Below, piece after piece: positions 25,705-39,699 of a stretch of DNA of 64,000 nt; the first letter of the stretch is position 1, and each line of letters begins with the position of its first letter. Origin of the DNA: Gnetum montanum (Eukaryota > Plantae > Gnetophyta); NCBI GenBank assembly GCA_015680685.1, contig MNCI01000737.1, positions 1 to 64,000 of the forward strand, read 5' to 3'. A model generated the notes under the pieces. The model did no database searches. It was not told the DNA's origin and saw nothing but the letters and a program-made list of their open reading frames with translations. Position numbers and translations under genes: made by a program.

Positions 25705-26579
25705 TGATGAGGGGTAGGGTAAGGGTATTCCAACACTTTATCATATAAGTCATGAGAGCACACTCAAGACTAGATTGTAATTCATGGATGGGCAATGTAA
25801 GTATGCTAAAAGTTGATAATTGGTTCATGATCGTTGTCCAAATGTATAGTTTAACTCTAAGTGAGACATATGATATCTTAATAGTGTGGGCTCTATTTAC
25901 TCCTAAGTGAAAACATGGTTAAGATAGAGTAATATGATCTAACCCTAAGTGTAGTGTAATTAAAGAAACAATTCTAGTCTATGACAATGAGCAATCATTT
26001 ATTTTTGGCTTACTGTACACATCTTGGGTTCATGTAATTGTTACTAGGTTACCAAGTGTTATACTACTGGGCAAACCAAACAATAACACTACTAAGATTA
26101 CCAAACGATTACACTTATACACTCGAAACCAATTGTACTCATTTTGCCTTATTAGTGAGCATGAAAAAGTAAAATGTTTGTGAAAGGTAAAAAACTAAGG
26201 TAAAGTAAACATATTTAAAAAATGAAAATTAAACTAAGTAAAGAAATTAGCCAAGTAAAACAAAGAAACTAAGTGGATATTGCAATGATGATAAGCAATC
26301 TCGATCTGTATTGCCATTCATGAATTACACCCAAGTACAACCTATTCAAATAAAGATTCTATTCAACTACTCAACACCACACTACGGGCATTCACTCTAT
26401 TGCTAAGTGTAATCTATGAAAACAAACTGCAAAAGTTTTCCTAAGATTGTAATGAAAGTTGTTTCGTTGATGTGACCAAGTGTCAATATTAAGAGGGTCA
26501 CATAGCTCCCAATACATCGTATCAACGATGACGTAAGTAAAGTTGCAATATCATAGTTTATGAAAAACAAGGTTTATCA
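25705..26579 (-). mobile_element. Solo LTR of the Athila-like family, about 480 bp upstream of the GCN2 ATG
   Basis: TGAT...ATCA termini with perfect 5-bp TSD CTAAT (25700-25704 and 26580-26584); internal similarity to LTR 30967-31836 (TACACATCTTGG...TTACCAAG, CAATGATGA...ATCTCGATCT). Confidence 0.85.
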
Positions 26580-26699
26580 CTAATGTACTTAAGACATATT
26601 GCTAATCATTATTTTGATGTAACTTAAGTAAAACATACTAAATCATAATGAGTTAATTAGTATTCACCTTTTTTAGGTAATATACCTCTTATTACAATG

Positions 26700-26847
26700 A
26701 AGTATTCCTCTAAAGGTAAGATTTTTTATTTGAAAGCTCTAAGCTATGGGTTCGATCCTCATAGGCTTTGTTGAGTTATAAAGTTCTAATTCGACTATAT
26801 ATGTTAAGGTGTACCTATATTACAATTATTTTGGGGTTCCAACACCT
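26700..26847 (+). mobile_element. tRNA-derived SINE copy
   Basis: B box GGGTTCGATCC at about 26748; body GAGTTATAAAGTTCTAATT.GACTATATAT...GGTGTACCTATATTACAATTATTTTGGGGTTCCAACA. Confidence 0.7.
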
Positions 26848-27744
26848 TAATATATATCTTATTTGACAAGAATACTATTAACTCAAAAATTAAACCTTAT
26901 ATTAAGAAGTGACATAATACTAATGGTATAGAATCTTGATATAAGGTCAATTGTGGTGGACAATTTGTTATACATTTTATACTATCGTTTTCTATTGGAT
27001 CTTCCTTTCCTATAAAAGTTGTATTTCATCAAAGCTTTCCATTGCTACCTCAAATTATTTTGCTATTTTAAGTTTAAGCATGGATATTAAAAGTGATACA
27101 AATGTTGTTAAGACTAAGATCATTTTCCTTATTAACAATTAATTATCCTCTCCTGATTTATCAAGATATTATTTCAATTCTAACTTTATACACCTAAGTG
27201 AGCATCCTAAAATTATAAAGTTTTTTACTTTCCATGTTTTTCTTATTTGCTACTTAGTGTTAAACATATCATATCCTCTAAACTTTTTTGCTTATTATTA
27301 ATATTATTTTTAAGCTCCAACACCCCCCTATAATGATAGTCTCTTCAAGATGAATGTAAAGAAATTATATAGTTAAGTGTTCTTAAAATAATCAAGTTGC
27401 ATATATTTTTAAATGGTAATGATAGGTATAGTAGTTTCATATATTATGACGAACCTTCATACTATGAAAAAGTACCAAGATTTTGAATATAAGATTTTTG
27501 TAATTAGCTTTGTAAGTCTAAAAACTGAAGCATATCTAGATAAAAGAATCTGGCATGTTTAGGATAAATCCTTTACATTGGGGAGGGTACAATTAGATGT
27601 TGCATAATCATGTGTCAAATCTGATGATAATGAAATGATAATAAGTACTTGCCAGTTGCCATTAATGACTCCTCCACCCTTGCCACACTTCATTGATACA
27701 TATATCATCTACCTATAATTTTTGGGATGGAAGGTGAGGAGGGG

Positions 27745-27884
27745 ATGTTGGAACCCAAAATAATTGAAACACACCCCAAGATATATAGTCCAATTAGAAC
27801 TTTATAACTCAACATTACTTATTAGAATCAAACCCATTACATGGAGCTTCCAAATCAAGAGTCTTACCACTAAGCTAACACCTC
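27745..27884 (-). mobile_element. tRNA-derived SINE copy
   Basis: A box TAGCTTAGTGG seven nt after the 5' G; B-box-like GGGTTTGATTC; same body ending TTCCAACA plus a C-rich run. Confidence 0.78.
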
Positions 27885-28004
27885 ATTGTTTCTACCTATA
27901 AATTTAAATACTCTATATACTCATTGTTGATCTATGTTAAAACTTTATTTATTTTATTATTGGTGCTTTATCCTTAACTTTTTGTTGGATCACAATGACC
28001 TATT

Positions 28005-28146
28005 AACTTGTGGTAAGACTCTTAAACTAAAAACTCCAAGTCATAGATTTGATTTTAATAGGTAATGCTAGGTTATACAATTCTAATTGGATTATATATC
28101 TTGAGGTATAGTATATTACAATTATTTCAACGTTTCCCCCACCCCG
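28005..28146 (+). mobile_element. tRNA-derived SINE copy (degenerate)
   Basis: GTGGTAAGACTCTT...TTCTAATTGGATTATATATCTTGAGGT...TTACAATTATTT, ending in a C-rich run. Confidence 0.68.
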
Positions 28147-28149
28147 TAA

Positions 28150-29400
28150 CCTTTTTATTATCATGTTGGATCAAATGTAACATCATGATGTGAGGATATG
28201 GTGTGCTTGAAGCTTAAGTTTGTGACATCCTTGAGAAAATAGTCTTTTAGATAAAACTATTAGCAGCCTAAGTATTGATATACCAAAATTATGTGCATTT
28301 CCTAATGTTATTAACTCATAATAATTCCAAGCACAATTTTCATGAATAATTGGACAATGAACACAATTCAAATTGTATGCACTATTGGTTATCCTTTTAG
28401 CTGCATAATGGATCTTTCACGAATGTGGTTATCCATCCTTCATTTCATAAGTAATGGGGGCATCAAAGTACATATCGTATAGATTTTTTTATGTAATATT
28501 ATAACACTATCTCAAATGGGTAGTCACAACTTAAAAAAGATACACATGTAACTCTTCTTCAAAGGCTATTGATTTGCACAACCTACATATGTCCTTTTCT
28601 TGGGGAAGTTGAATCCATATCCGACTTTCAATTATAAGATGATGAGAACTTAAGCAAAGCTTGCTCATAACATTTTGATACTTAATTGGAATAGTAGCTA
28701 AAAAATATTGAACTTCTACATCTAGTTTATTAGATCTAATGTGGTGTAAATAAAATTGTCTATTTGTCTTCTATATTAGATCACATTTGTGATAAAACCT
28801 TTGCTTAACTAGTTGGTAGATATGCTTAGGATTTTGTTATATGTCCTTCCCAAGAGATTATTTCATTTTCTCAACCATTCCCTTGGAAACATCAATCACA
28901 ATCTTGCAAATTCTCAAGAACTACTTTCGAGAATTTGTCTTACCTTGAGATATGCACACTATGAGTTTATGTGATGAATTAGCACAACACTTTTATTTCT
29001 AAAGCTAATAACTCACATTCATATAATAACATTGAGTAAGGTGTTTGCATCTTCATCTTTAACTCATTGAGAAGAAAAGCTTTTTGCACTCTTTCAATAT
29101 CTGTCCAAAGTTTAACACTCAATCTAGTTCCCCAAACAACACATCTATACAATACAATAAGATAAATGATAGTACAATAAGAAGAAAAATTTGTTTTATG
29201 ACCTTCTAAGCCCAAAGTCCTAAATCCTTGCTCTTTTTGTTGAAAGCACATAGAGCCTTAAAACCTCTTTCTATTTTTTTTATGCACTTCCTTCACATGT
29301 AATTGTCCATATAAATGAGACTCAAATATTTAAAAAAATCTCCTATTTGTACATTAGTACCTTTAAAATGAAAGTTATAATATGCATTTCTTGTACCTTG
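28150..29400 (-). mobile_element. RTE/CR1-like LINE, 3' half of ORF2 (degenerate)
   Basis: FHFKGTNVQIGDFFKYL, VVWG...DIERVQKAFL, SSHHLIIESRIW...ICRLC zinc-finger region. Confidence 0.8.
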
Positions 29401-29404
29401 AATT

Positions 29405-29510
29405 TATACCTAGTGGTATAGGTCTTGGCTTGGTAATCCTAGGTCACAAGTCCAATTCTATTAGGTAGCACTGAGTTATAAACTTCTATAAATCTTGGGG
29501 TGTACCTATG
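29405..29510 (+). mobile_element. SINE 5' part, interrupted by an LTR insertion (3' part at 53448-53483)
   Basis: CTAGTGGTATAGGTCTTGG...GAGTTATAAA...CTTGGGGTGTACCTATG; resumes as CTATTTTTCAATTATTTCGGGTTTCAACACCTCCC at 53448. Confidence 0.72.
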
Positions 29511-32030
29511 TGTAGCACCCTCATTAATTATCTATAAAATATCTTATAAATAACTAATAAAAATGCTACAAAACCCCAAGGATTTGGATTTAACTTTAAT
29601 TTACTAATTAGGAGCATAAATATAGTGCAACTAAATTTCATATTACTTGCATAGATAAGTAAATACAATGTATTGAATGAAAAAAAGAGATTTTCATAGC
29701 CAAAAACATATAGATGTCTAAAAATTTTCATTAGTTATGTCATAAAATAGTACATAAAATAACAATCTCAACAACACTTGTTTTTCCTTAATTGGACATC
29801 TAGGAATAAAGATTTTCATGTTTAAAATTTACAAAATTAATTAATAAAATTTAAAATAATAATTNAAAATTTCTATTTTACCAAAATACAAAATATACAA
29901 AAACAAATTTCCAAGTTCAAAGGATTTCATGTTGTACAGGACTAATCCAACTTTTGTTCCATGTTCCTCTTCTGATGTTTCCTTGCCTACTCTAGGCTCT
30001 TTGCAACAAAATGTGGAGTTAAAACCCCTCAAATAAGAAAGGTTATTATATCTTCCTGTTCATGGAGCATAAAGGTTTAGGGCCAAAAGTCTCAGGTTGT
30101 GGACCATGTAAAGGTTCTTATTTAAATATTCAAAAATGTTTTAAGATTTAGAAATGCCACAAACTTTCCAAAAATTCAAAATAAGTTCAAAAATCTAAAG
30201 AATGTATATTTTATCCAAGCATCTCTAAAGGCTAGGTCTTGGTTACCCTCACTATCAAAAGAATATGTCAACAAGTCTTGGAATAATCTCACTACTATCA
30301 TCAAATTATCCTTTAATTATTTAATATCCAAAGATATCACAAATTTGTCCATCAAAGATTCAAAGAGCGTAAATTTTAATTCAGGCATCTTTGAAGACTA
30401 TGTCTTGATTACCCTCACTGCCAAAGGAACGCACCAATAGGTCTTGGAATAACCTCACTACTATCATCAGATTATCCTTGTGATCTCCTAGTCTCTTACA
30501 CACAATGCTAATAAATTTTTTAGATAAAATGAAGAATAATGCAAAACTTGGCAAGACACAAAGTTACCCTCGAGAAAACCTTTAAAGTGACAAAGCCCAA
30601 TAAAAATTGATTCCTAGAATGTTAGTAGCAACACAACTTCAAGATTGAAGCATCAAGATAATCAATGAGTACAATGGAGAAGAATTGTAGGGGAGAATTG
30701 CAACTTAAGCATTATCCATTATTGTGTTGTATAAAGGATGCTTCCTTAGAGCTCCTTATATATTGCTAGGGTTACAAAAATAAATCCAAAAATAAAACAT
30801 GATTAGGTAGTTTATTTTTAGTGGGGATAAGTATGGAAACCAAAAAAACAAAGGAAATATGATAAAAATAAGAGCACAATGAAGGAAAAAATATCCATGG
30901 AGGAGAAAATTAAGGCAAATTTTCCTTCATTTCTTCATCCACCATACAAATCTCCCTCTTGAAGGTTGATGAGTGGCGAGGTACCCCAAAACTCAACCAT
31001 ATGAATACAAGCATTTCACACACAATCCGATCAAACTCCACAGACGGGCTAGTTGTGGTATCTAGATAGTTACTCATTGATCATAGTCCGTTGTCTTCTC
31101 ACTTGGACTAGTATATGCTTTGTCACCTATGGTTTAGTCCAGAGTGAGGTGTATGATGTGGTTTCTAACCTAGTGCTACTCCTAGAGGCAATGGAAAATA
31201 ACTTTAATTAAGCTAGGAGGAAAAGGGTGAAGAGAGTCTAAGCTAGCCTAAGTGTGATGAGCATCCATCCCTTAATCATTCGTACACATCTTGGACCTTG
31301 TGCACAACTACCACTGGGATTACCAAGCGCATGGCCTAGGTACACTACTGGGATACCAAGTAGTCACACTTGAATGTTCATGATTAAGTCGTATTTATTT
31401 CACGTTTAAGGAGTTTAGGGTGAAGAGATATTAACTACGAAAGCAATAAATAACAATAACAATAAAATAATTAAACTAAGTGAATGCTACAATGATAAAG
31501 TAATCTTGATCTTTATTTTCGGTCATGTGCATGTCCAAGTACGTCACACTCGAATAAAGGTTCCATACAATTACAATCATCACACTGCAGGCATGCACTA
31601 GGGGAAAGGGTTGAGAAGAACTAAAAATGAACTAACTTCTATCTACTAATTGAAAATTAATTGAAAACTAACTAACTCCTTGACTCCTTGCACCTACATA
31701 TGTATTTATAGGCCCACATAGGAGTCATGATATCATGTATCTGATATCGCTTCTTAGGTTGCGATATTGCGTACCCAATATCATGGGTCCAATATCAGGG
31801 GTCTGATATTGGAGCCTACGAAATCATGATTCATCATACCCCCATGACTGAATGAAAACTCTTCCTCGAGTCAAACAATATGAGAGCAAGCCCCATTGAT
31901 TACACATTGGATAGGTATGGGATTATTAACTAACTAGGAATTTATTCATGTTGTAGTGGAGAATTGAATAGAACAAAATTGGGACAGATACAAAAATACA
32001 AAATTACAAAATTACAAAATTTCGTGGAAC

Positions 32031-34818
32031 TCATGTGGTTCTAGGTGGCGGTGGCTCCTCCATGGGACGCTTCCCCTTGTCTTGTGCTCCAAGTTTTGGA
32101 ATTTGATGGCTTTGCAATAGTGCTTGAAGCTTTTCCTCTTCAGTTTAGGGGTCCTGTGCTATCCATGCTGATGCTCCAATGTTTCACGGAGTCGGCACCT
32201 CCCAAGGACATGGTAGTTGCAAGAACATTTGATTTACTTTAACATACTAGGCCGCAAACAACTATTGTTCCTTCTCATAGGCTCTGGCTTTGTCCTTGCA
32301 CTCCTGGAAATCTGTAAGCTATTAAGCCAAGTCTGCTGCGACATCTTTCTATCCTTGGTAGCTAGCCTTAACCACTTCTAGTTTAGAATTTTTCACTTCT
32401 AGCTTTTGCAACATTTTCTTATGCTCTGCAAATTTTGCTTCATATTTGGCATAGGTGGTAACTACCTGCTTCTCAAGCTCTATTCTCAAGCATCCTACTG
32501 TCAACATGGCTAGATTGGCATACTGCAAGTTTGTCAATTCCATGTACTCTATGAGATCTTAAATCTGTAAGTCCCGGCTTTTAAGTTCTGCTTGGTGGGC
32601 AAATGCATATGTGTTTAATATGGCTGGCCAATCAGTATGTTAAGCATTGTAAATGTTGATGTGGGCCTTGGCCATATGGATCTCCTTCTTGATGACTTGC
32701 TTGTACATCCCCACCTGGTCTCTGAAATGCTTCTTTAACTTTTCATGCCACTTGGCCTCATTTTGCCACATGCTTATTTCAATGGTCATCTTCTGACGGA
32801 TTGTGCATACCTCCTCCATTAAGAGGGTTTGATTCTCTTTAGCTAAATGGTTCATGTCTTGGTTGACCCTAACCAACTGTTCTTGTAATTGTTGAAAGTT
32901 TTCTTTGAGAACATTCTTCTGTTTCTTCATAGTGGTCAACCAAAGATTGTCAGTAGTGAGTTATTTATTCTCTTCTTGTAAGGCTCCGAGTGCCTTGGCA
33001 TGCGCGTAGGTTTATGCTTGTGCCTTGGAGGCATCCTAGTCAGCCTTCTCCTTCTCCTCCACCATTCTTTTATTGTCCGCCAATAGCTTATTAAGCTGAT
33101 CTATCTTACAAGTGTCCAGCTGGTCTACGGGAACAAATTGAGATGGGTCCCACTGTACAGCTTGTAGGGTAACGAGCCTCTCTTGGAGTCTTGCCAACTC
33201 TGCTTCTGCATGCTTGGCCCTGGTCTTTGCCATGACCAGCTTTCCTCTGGTGGAGATGAGGTCTGATTATGCTGTTGTGACATCCTGTGGGATGTCAAAT
33301 AAGGATGTCATTACTTGTCCTGTCTATAGCAATCGATCAAGAACATCCTCATGCTCCACAGGAGTCATTGAGGGACCGACTAGAATTTGAGCATCCTGTG
33401 CTTCTGTGAAATCTTCCGGTGGCACAACGGGGATGTTGAAAGATTCTTTGATGTGGTCTGTGATCACTTCTATAGCTCCTACTACATCTTGGTGTTGCAT
33501 GACCACCACTATGGCCCCTTCACCTATTTTCAGTTGCACTTGGAAAGATGCAGTGTTCCCTAAAATATGTTGTGACCAATGGGTTTCTACTCCTCTTTTT
33601 TGGATAGACACCTTGCCCTGTGTGCAATCAATAGAAACTGTGGACCGTACGATGTCGTCGATGACGCAAAAGAGATTAGCATCATCACGACTTCCCCAAT
33701 TGACTGTCTCAGCGATGGTCCTAAGATGGCTCATTAATGGTCTATAATCCTGCGGCGGTGGTGGTGGTTGGTCTTGCTGGCTCATGCTGAGCCCTACTTG
33801 TTGTTGACTAGGCCTTGTGCTTGGGAGTTGGCTAGGCCTAGAAATTTGAGTTGCAGTGGGCCCCACTGGCTATTCTTGCCCTAGCTCCATTGTCTCACCA
33901 GCACTCTTCCTTGGGGCTGGTGGCTTTAGCAGTTCTGCAAATGAAGCATTTTGGGCTCTTTTGGGGATGTCATTGGTGTACCCCAGAATACTAGCATGTT
34001 GCACAACTTCTTGATGAGACAAGGGAAGGGCAACACAAACTTCCCTATCTTACGTTCTTCAAACTACCTCAAGATCTCCATGAGATACAGATGAGGAAGG
34101 TTAGCATTAATCTTTCTCATCAATATCGCACTTCTTCTTGCCACATATGTTGAAACTCTATTTATCCTCTTATGGGGAAGATGTGATAAGTACCAATCTT
34201 GAAGTATATCCTTTCGTCCAGTGTCAAATCTCCATATGTCTTATCTTCTTTGCCGTATGTCCTCTTCAACCAAATCTTTCGTGCATCAGCATTGGAGTGA
34301 GTGGGTAGGTGAGCAACTTTTGGCCCTATATTCAGAAGGTTTAACACTTCCAAAATGGCTTTGGTCGAAAAATCTATAGATACATCACCAATGTCAACTA
34401 TGGTGCCTTCTTCCTTATTGTACCAAAATTGGTACATTTCTCCTAAGTACCAAGCACCACTTTTGGAGAGGATAGGCCATAATGGGGACCCTTTGAGTTG
34501 GTCCCTAATAGCCTCAGGAGCAAATTCTATGAAACGTGTGAAGTTTAATTCCACAATCACAACTATCGACGTGGACCTTTCTTGGATATCTTGGACACAC
34601 TCCAGGGACAACGTGAGGTGTTGTCCTTGTTCAGGTGCTTCAGCAGCTCCTCCTTCTACCTATCTTTATTGCACAGTAGCAAGAGTTTCTTGATAGATGC
34701 TAAATGATTACACCTCTTGCTCTGCTCATTGCTTGGGAGATGCTTATCCTCTACCTCTCCTGGGTCATTTGGACACACCTTGAGAGGGTCCTTCTTATTA
34801 TCCATGTTTAGGGGCCAT
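32031..34818 (-). pseudogene. Athila-type accessory ORF (~930 codons): transposon-associated domain, disordered linker, long coiled coil (copy A)
   Basis: Starts MAPKHG; GDVSIDFSTKAILEVLNL, RIYFKIGTYHIFP, LPFPCLI; heptad-rich C-terminus; collinear with 49909-52445. Confidence 0.8.
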
Positions 34819-36731
34819 CTGCAATCACATGGGGCTGACCATTAGTAAGGTTGTTTACAAAATTTAAATTATACCTTACTTTTGCCTTAATGAATTTGTT
34901 TCTTATTTCATGTGATTCAAAGTTAGAAAATTTTGTGGTAATGTCCCCTAAAATTTTTAATATTGGGCTCTCTTTGATTAGTTGGCTTCAAAATTTTAAT
35001 TTCCTAGTATAGGTAAGGAGATGAGATTGTTTTTTGGCAACATCTTTATTATTTTTATAATCAATTACCCTTTATAGTATCCTTCGGATGATGAAGAATT
35101 TCCAAAAATTTATACATAATTTATAGTGTACCCCTTCCCCACGACTAAGCTGAACACTTTGGGTTCAAGTAGGTTCAATCGAAATGAGAATTGGAGCGTT
35201 AGCAAGCGAGTTATGGCTGGTAGACCAAGAGGTGCGTGAGTCGCAAGTCATAGAAGAAAATTTGAAAAACTCCCCCCATGTGAACAATTGAGAATAATGT
35301 TGNGGGGTGGATCCACATATATATAGTTTTTGAGTACGCGATATCACGTACGCAATAGCATGACCTTGATATCGTGTCAAACTCGGTATCGAGGACCCGA
35401 TATTACAGCCCATCGAAAATAGGGTACTTAGGAAAATTGATAAATTTCTAAAATTCTAAACTAAAAAATGAAGGACTTGAGGTCGGTGTAAAAGATCCAG
35501 GGTAAAATTTAATTTTCCTGAAGGCACAAAAAGTATAATGGCCTAGAATCTGGCAATGAAATGCATGAATCGGATGAGGAGAAAGGACATGTTTCAGTAC
35601 ATAGGAACATTTGAACCAGAAGGATGATGAGGGAAAGAGTATTGTAATACTTGGAGGGTATAAAATGATGTGATGGTGATGTGTTATGAGTGCAATTACA
35701 AAAGTTACGCAAGTGGGTCCTTCCCAAAGCAAGTTCCAACCTATAATGCCCTTGTGTAACCACACCTCGAAATGTCCATAGGCACTAGAAGGGTTAAATG
35801 TAATCTACACAGATGCAACAAAACAAAAACATGGAGATATCACTATGATGAGATATGAATTCCATGCTACCCCGAAAACAAGTCACCATTACAAGAACAG
35901 TGAGGTGAGGTGAATTATAGAGGGGATTGCAAAGATTGGGACATGAGGTAATTGGCCTAGGACATAATGAATCCTCACTGTAAGGCATGATTAGTGTGTC
36001 ATTAATCCTATTGCTCAAAAATTAGGACCAAGTCCATTCCTCTAATCAGTGACATTGCATTGTTTCATCCCAATGATAGACAATAATGAGAGCATCATGA
36101 CGACAAGGTGTACGATCTCTTGGCATTTCGTACAAGGGAGGAGTGATTCTTACTTTGTGGCACTTTTTTTTTGATGAAGTGCTTAATCCAGAGAAGCCAC
36201 CTACCTTCAGGCATGGGTGCATGTCTTTCCAATGGGACCCCCTAGAATAGCGTTGGGTTTCTTTATTAAGTGCCTTTTTATTACTCTTACTCCCATTTTC
36301 CATTAGATCTACAAGGATCTTAGTACAACCAAGTTGCATGATAACTCTCACAAATGTCACTAAAAAGAATCCACAAGTCCCCTTGATGTCACACCCTGGT
36401 CATTCCCACTTAGTCCATCCTTCTTCACTTTGGGTATAATGAACATAAGATTACTTTAAGTTTTAATGAATATCATTGTACCTAGGGTAGAACCTCTTAT
36501 TAATAGAATGGGTGGATGGATGTTGTGGGCTCACTGTTCAAATAATTAGTCACCTGAGACTTGGTAGCATAGAACAACACCTCAGCTAATGAGTCACATG
36601 AGTGTTTTATTTGTAGATGAGATTACTCATAAAAAGACAAAAAGACAAAACAATAAATTGAAAGATAAAAAACTAGAAAAAAAAAATTGTAAAATTTAAG
36701 AAAAGGAAAACATTTATTAATTCTTCTATTG

Positions 36732-38716
36732 TTAGAATGGGGGATACCCCCCATAACTAAATGGTTGAGCATGGCTAGAATTACTAAATGGAAGGTTAGG
36801 ATCATTGCGTGTTGGAAATATTGGGACCCGATCATACTTACCCCATTGGGGTTCACACACTTGATTAGAGTTAACATAGTGGGGCAAGTTATAAGATGTG
36901 GTTAATTTAGAAGGAGTTGACCCACTATGGTACTTGTGACTGTAAGATGGTATGCAAGGATCAACACATCTCCCCATGTGGCTATATTCATTGGGCCGCA
37001 TGGTTGTTGGAGTATTGAGTGGTGGCCCTAATAAGGTAACATGAGGTGTTGGGTTTGAAGAGGAAGATGCACCACAGTGTTGGACTTGTGCTGAGTTGGC
37101 TGATGTAGTGGTTTTTGAACCATGGTATCCCTTTCTACAGTCACATCTAAAGAAGGAATGCCTATGATGTTATGGAGGATTCCCACTACTGTTAACAGTA
37201 GAAGCACAAGTAACATTCGTGGGTTGATGTTGTGGTGCAAATCCTTCAGGTACAATTGGTGGCGATGTAGAAGGAGGTGAAGGATGAGAATTTTAAAATT
37301 GAGAAGAAGTGTAAGGTACCCAAGGTGGTGGTCTTGTTGGTGAGGATATGGGTTGATACTATTGAGGAGAATAATAATAATGTGGTGAGATAGAGGATGT
37401 TGACCTAGTTGGGGAAATAGGATGTTGAACTTGATAAGCACTTAGGTTTAGATGGTATGAAGGGTGTAACCAGTTTGGGGATGGCCTCCCCCAAGATTGG
37501 GATTGTTACCACTATGATTGAACACAGTATTTCTGCATGAACTCTGGATGTACCATTCTTCCCCAATGCTCATGTAACAAGATTGGGCATTGGCCCTTGG
37601 GGTGATTGTATAGGAAAATGTTACATTGATACATATGATTGGCAGTTAAGTTCTTATTCTCTTCAACCTTTCTTTCCAATTGTCTAAAGGTGTTTTGTCC
37701 TATTTCTTGGGTTGTCATAACTCTACCTCCAACAATTTTGGCATATTCTCCACATTTTTCATGTATCCATTCCATCATCCTATTGATCTTTGCCTTAACT
37801 TTATCTAATGATTGTAGTACTGGCAAAGATGGTTCCACCTCCTTGTAGTGAATTGATTTCTTTTCTTCATGATCATGGGCCCTTGTTGATTTTTGGACCT
37901 GTTGAGATTTTTCAGCATTCTCCCATTTAGTCATTTCTCCTTCTTCTTTTGCTGCCTACTTGATAATATCTTGGAATTGATGGGTTTGTAGCTCATATAG
38001 TTGACCTCGGGCATACATCCCTAGGATCTCCCTTGTTTCATTACGGAGCCCATCCATGATGTGATACATTAGCCTTTCCTTGGAGAATCCATGACCTAGG
38101 AAATTGTTTAACAATGAATAGTATCTTTCTAAGGCCATGTCCAAGGGTTCATGTTGCCTTTATTTCCATTCTTGGATTTGTCTCCTCAAGGCTGATACTC
38201 TCACATAGGTTTGATATCTTTCATTAAAGAGTTCTACCATTGTTGGCCAACATCGAATTGATTTTGTTCTAAGGACCTGTACCATACTTTTGCTTGGCCA
38301 ACGAGTGTCACAGGAAAGAGCTTAAATTTTTGCCATCCATTCTCAATGTTGTTCCATGAACAGGCATTGTAGAAGGCTTGTAAATGTTGTTGTAGATCTA
38401 AATCATAGCCTCCTGAAAATTTGGAAAAGTTGTTAAAATTAGGCCTAGGTAGATGGCTTTCCTTATGATGCCTGTAGGATATTTGAATAGCCTCTTGTAT
38501 TTCTATTAGGCTTGTAGTGGCCAGTTGGGGTTCATTGTCACTACGTATGTTATGCAGTTGTGAGTTGGAATGATGTTGTTTGCATTTATGCTCATAGGAG
38601 ACCCCTACATCAGATTGGGTACTCCAAACTTCATCTTCATCATTATATAATTTGTTGGTTCTCCAATGAATTGCCTTACTGGTTGTTGCATTATCATAGT
38701 CTTGTGAGAGAGACAT
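36732..38716 (-). pseudogene. Retrotransposon gag with Pro/Ser-rich extension (copy A)
   Basis: FSKFSGGYDLDLQQHLQAFYNAC...KLFPVTLVGQAKVWYRSL...ALERYYSLLNNFLGHGF...IMDGL (Retrotrans_gag/Athila signature); frameshifted. Confidence 0.88.
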
Positions 38717-39699
38717 TGTTATGAATTGTGTGTGACTTAATTGAATTTAATTAATACTTGTTATAGCGATCTTGTATGATATAACTAATCTAGATAGCTA
38801 GCACCATCCCTAGTAATGGCGCCAACGATGAGTGGTGAGGTACCCCTACACTCAACCATATGAATATGAGCGATTCATGCACGATCTGGTCGAACTTCAT
38901 AGACGGGCTAGTTGTGGTATTTAGATAGTTTCTCATTAATCGCAATTCGCTGTTTTTCCACTTGGACTAGTATATGCTTTGTCACATATGGTTTACTCCA
39001 AAGTGAGGTGTATGATGTGGTTTCTAACCTAGTGCTACTCCTAGAGGCAATGGAAAATAACTTTAATTAAGCTAGGAGGAAAAGGATGAAGAGAGTCTAA
39101 GCTAGCCTAAGTGTGATGAGCATCCATCCCTTGATCATCCATATACATCTTGGACCTCGTGCATGACTACCATTAGGATTACCAAGTGCATGGCTTAGGT
39201 ACGCTACTAGCATACCAAGTAGTCACACTTGAATGCTTGTGATTAAGTCATACTCATTCCATGTTTAAGGAGTTTAGGGTGAAGAGATATTAACTACAAA
39301 AACAATAAATAACAATAACAATTAAATAATTAAACTAAGTGAATGCTGCAATGATGAAGTAATCTCGATATTTATTTTCGATCATGTGCGTGTCCAAGTA
39401 TGTCACACTTGAATAAAGGTTCCGTACAATTACAATCATCACACTATGGGCATGCACTAGGGGAAAGGGTTGAGAAGAACTAAAAATGAACTAACTTCTA
39501 TCTACTAACTAAAAATTAACTAAAAACTAACTGACTCCTCCACTCCTTATGTCGACATGTGTATTTATAGGCCCGAACAGGAGTCACGATATCGTGTATC
39601 TGTTACCACTTCTTAAGTCGTGATATCGTGGGTTTGATATTGGGGGTTCGATATTGGAGCCTACTAAATCATGATTCATCAAAGGTAAAGCTACTTTGA

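Larger units (their letters stand above)
30967..39681 (-). mobile_element. Athila-like Ty3/gypsy element, complete but pol-less (copy A)
   Basis: LTRs 38826-39681 and 30967-31836; perfect TSD AAGGT (30962-30966 and 39682-39686); tRNA-Asp PBS TGGCGCCATTACTAGGGA at 38824-38807; PPT CATGGGGGTA; gag plus accessory ORF; no PR/RT/RH/INT motifs seen. Confidence 0.93.

Noticed and set aside
27745-27884. Possible tRNA gene
   Set aside because: It has A/B boxes but no complete cloverleaf or T-run terminator and is repeated with a non-tRNA body, so it is called a SINE.
32031-34818. Calling the accessory ORF a true retroviral envelope gene
   Set aside because: No signal peptide or clear transmembrane segment was seen; the basic N-terminus and coiled coil point to an intracellular protein.
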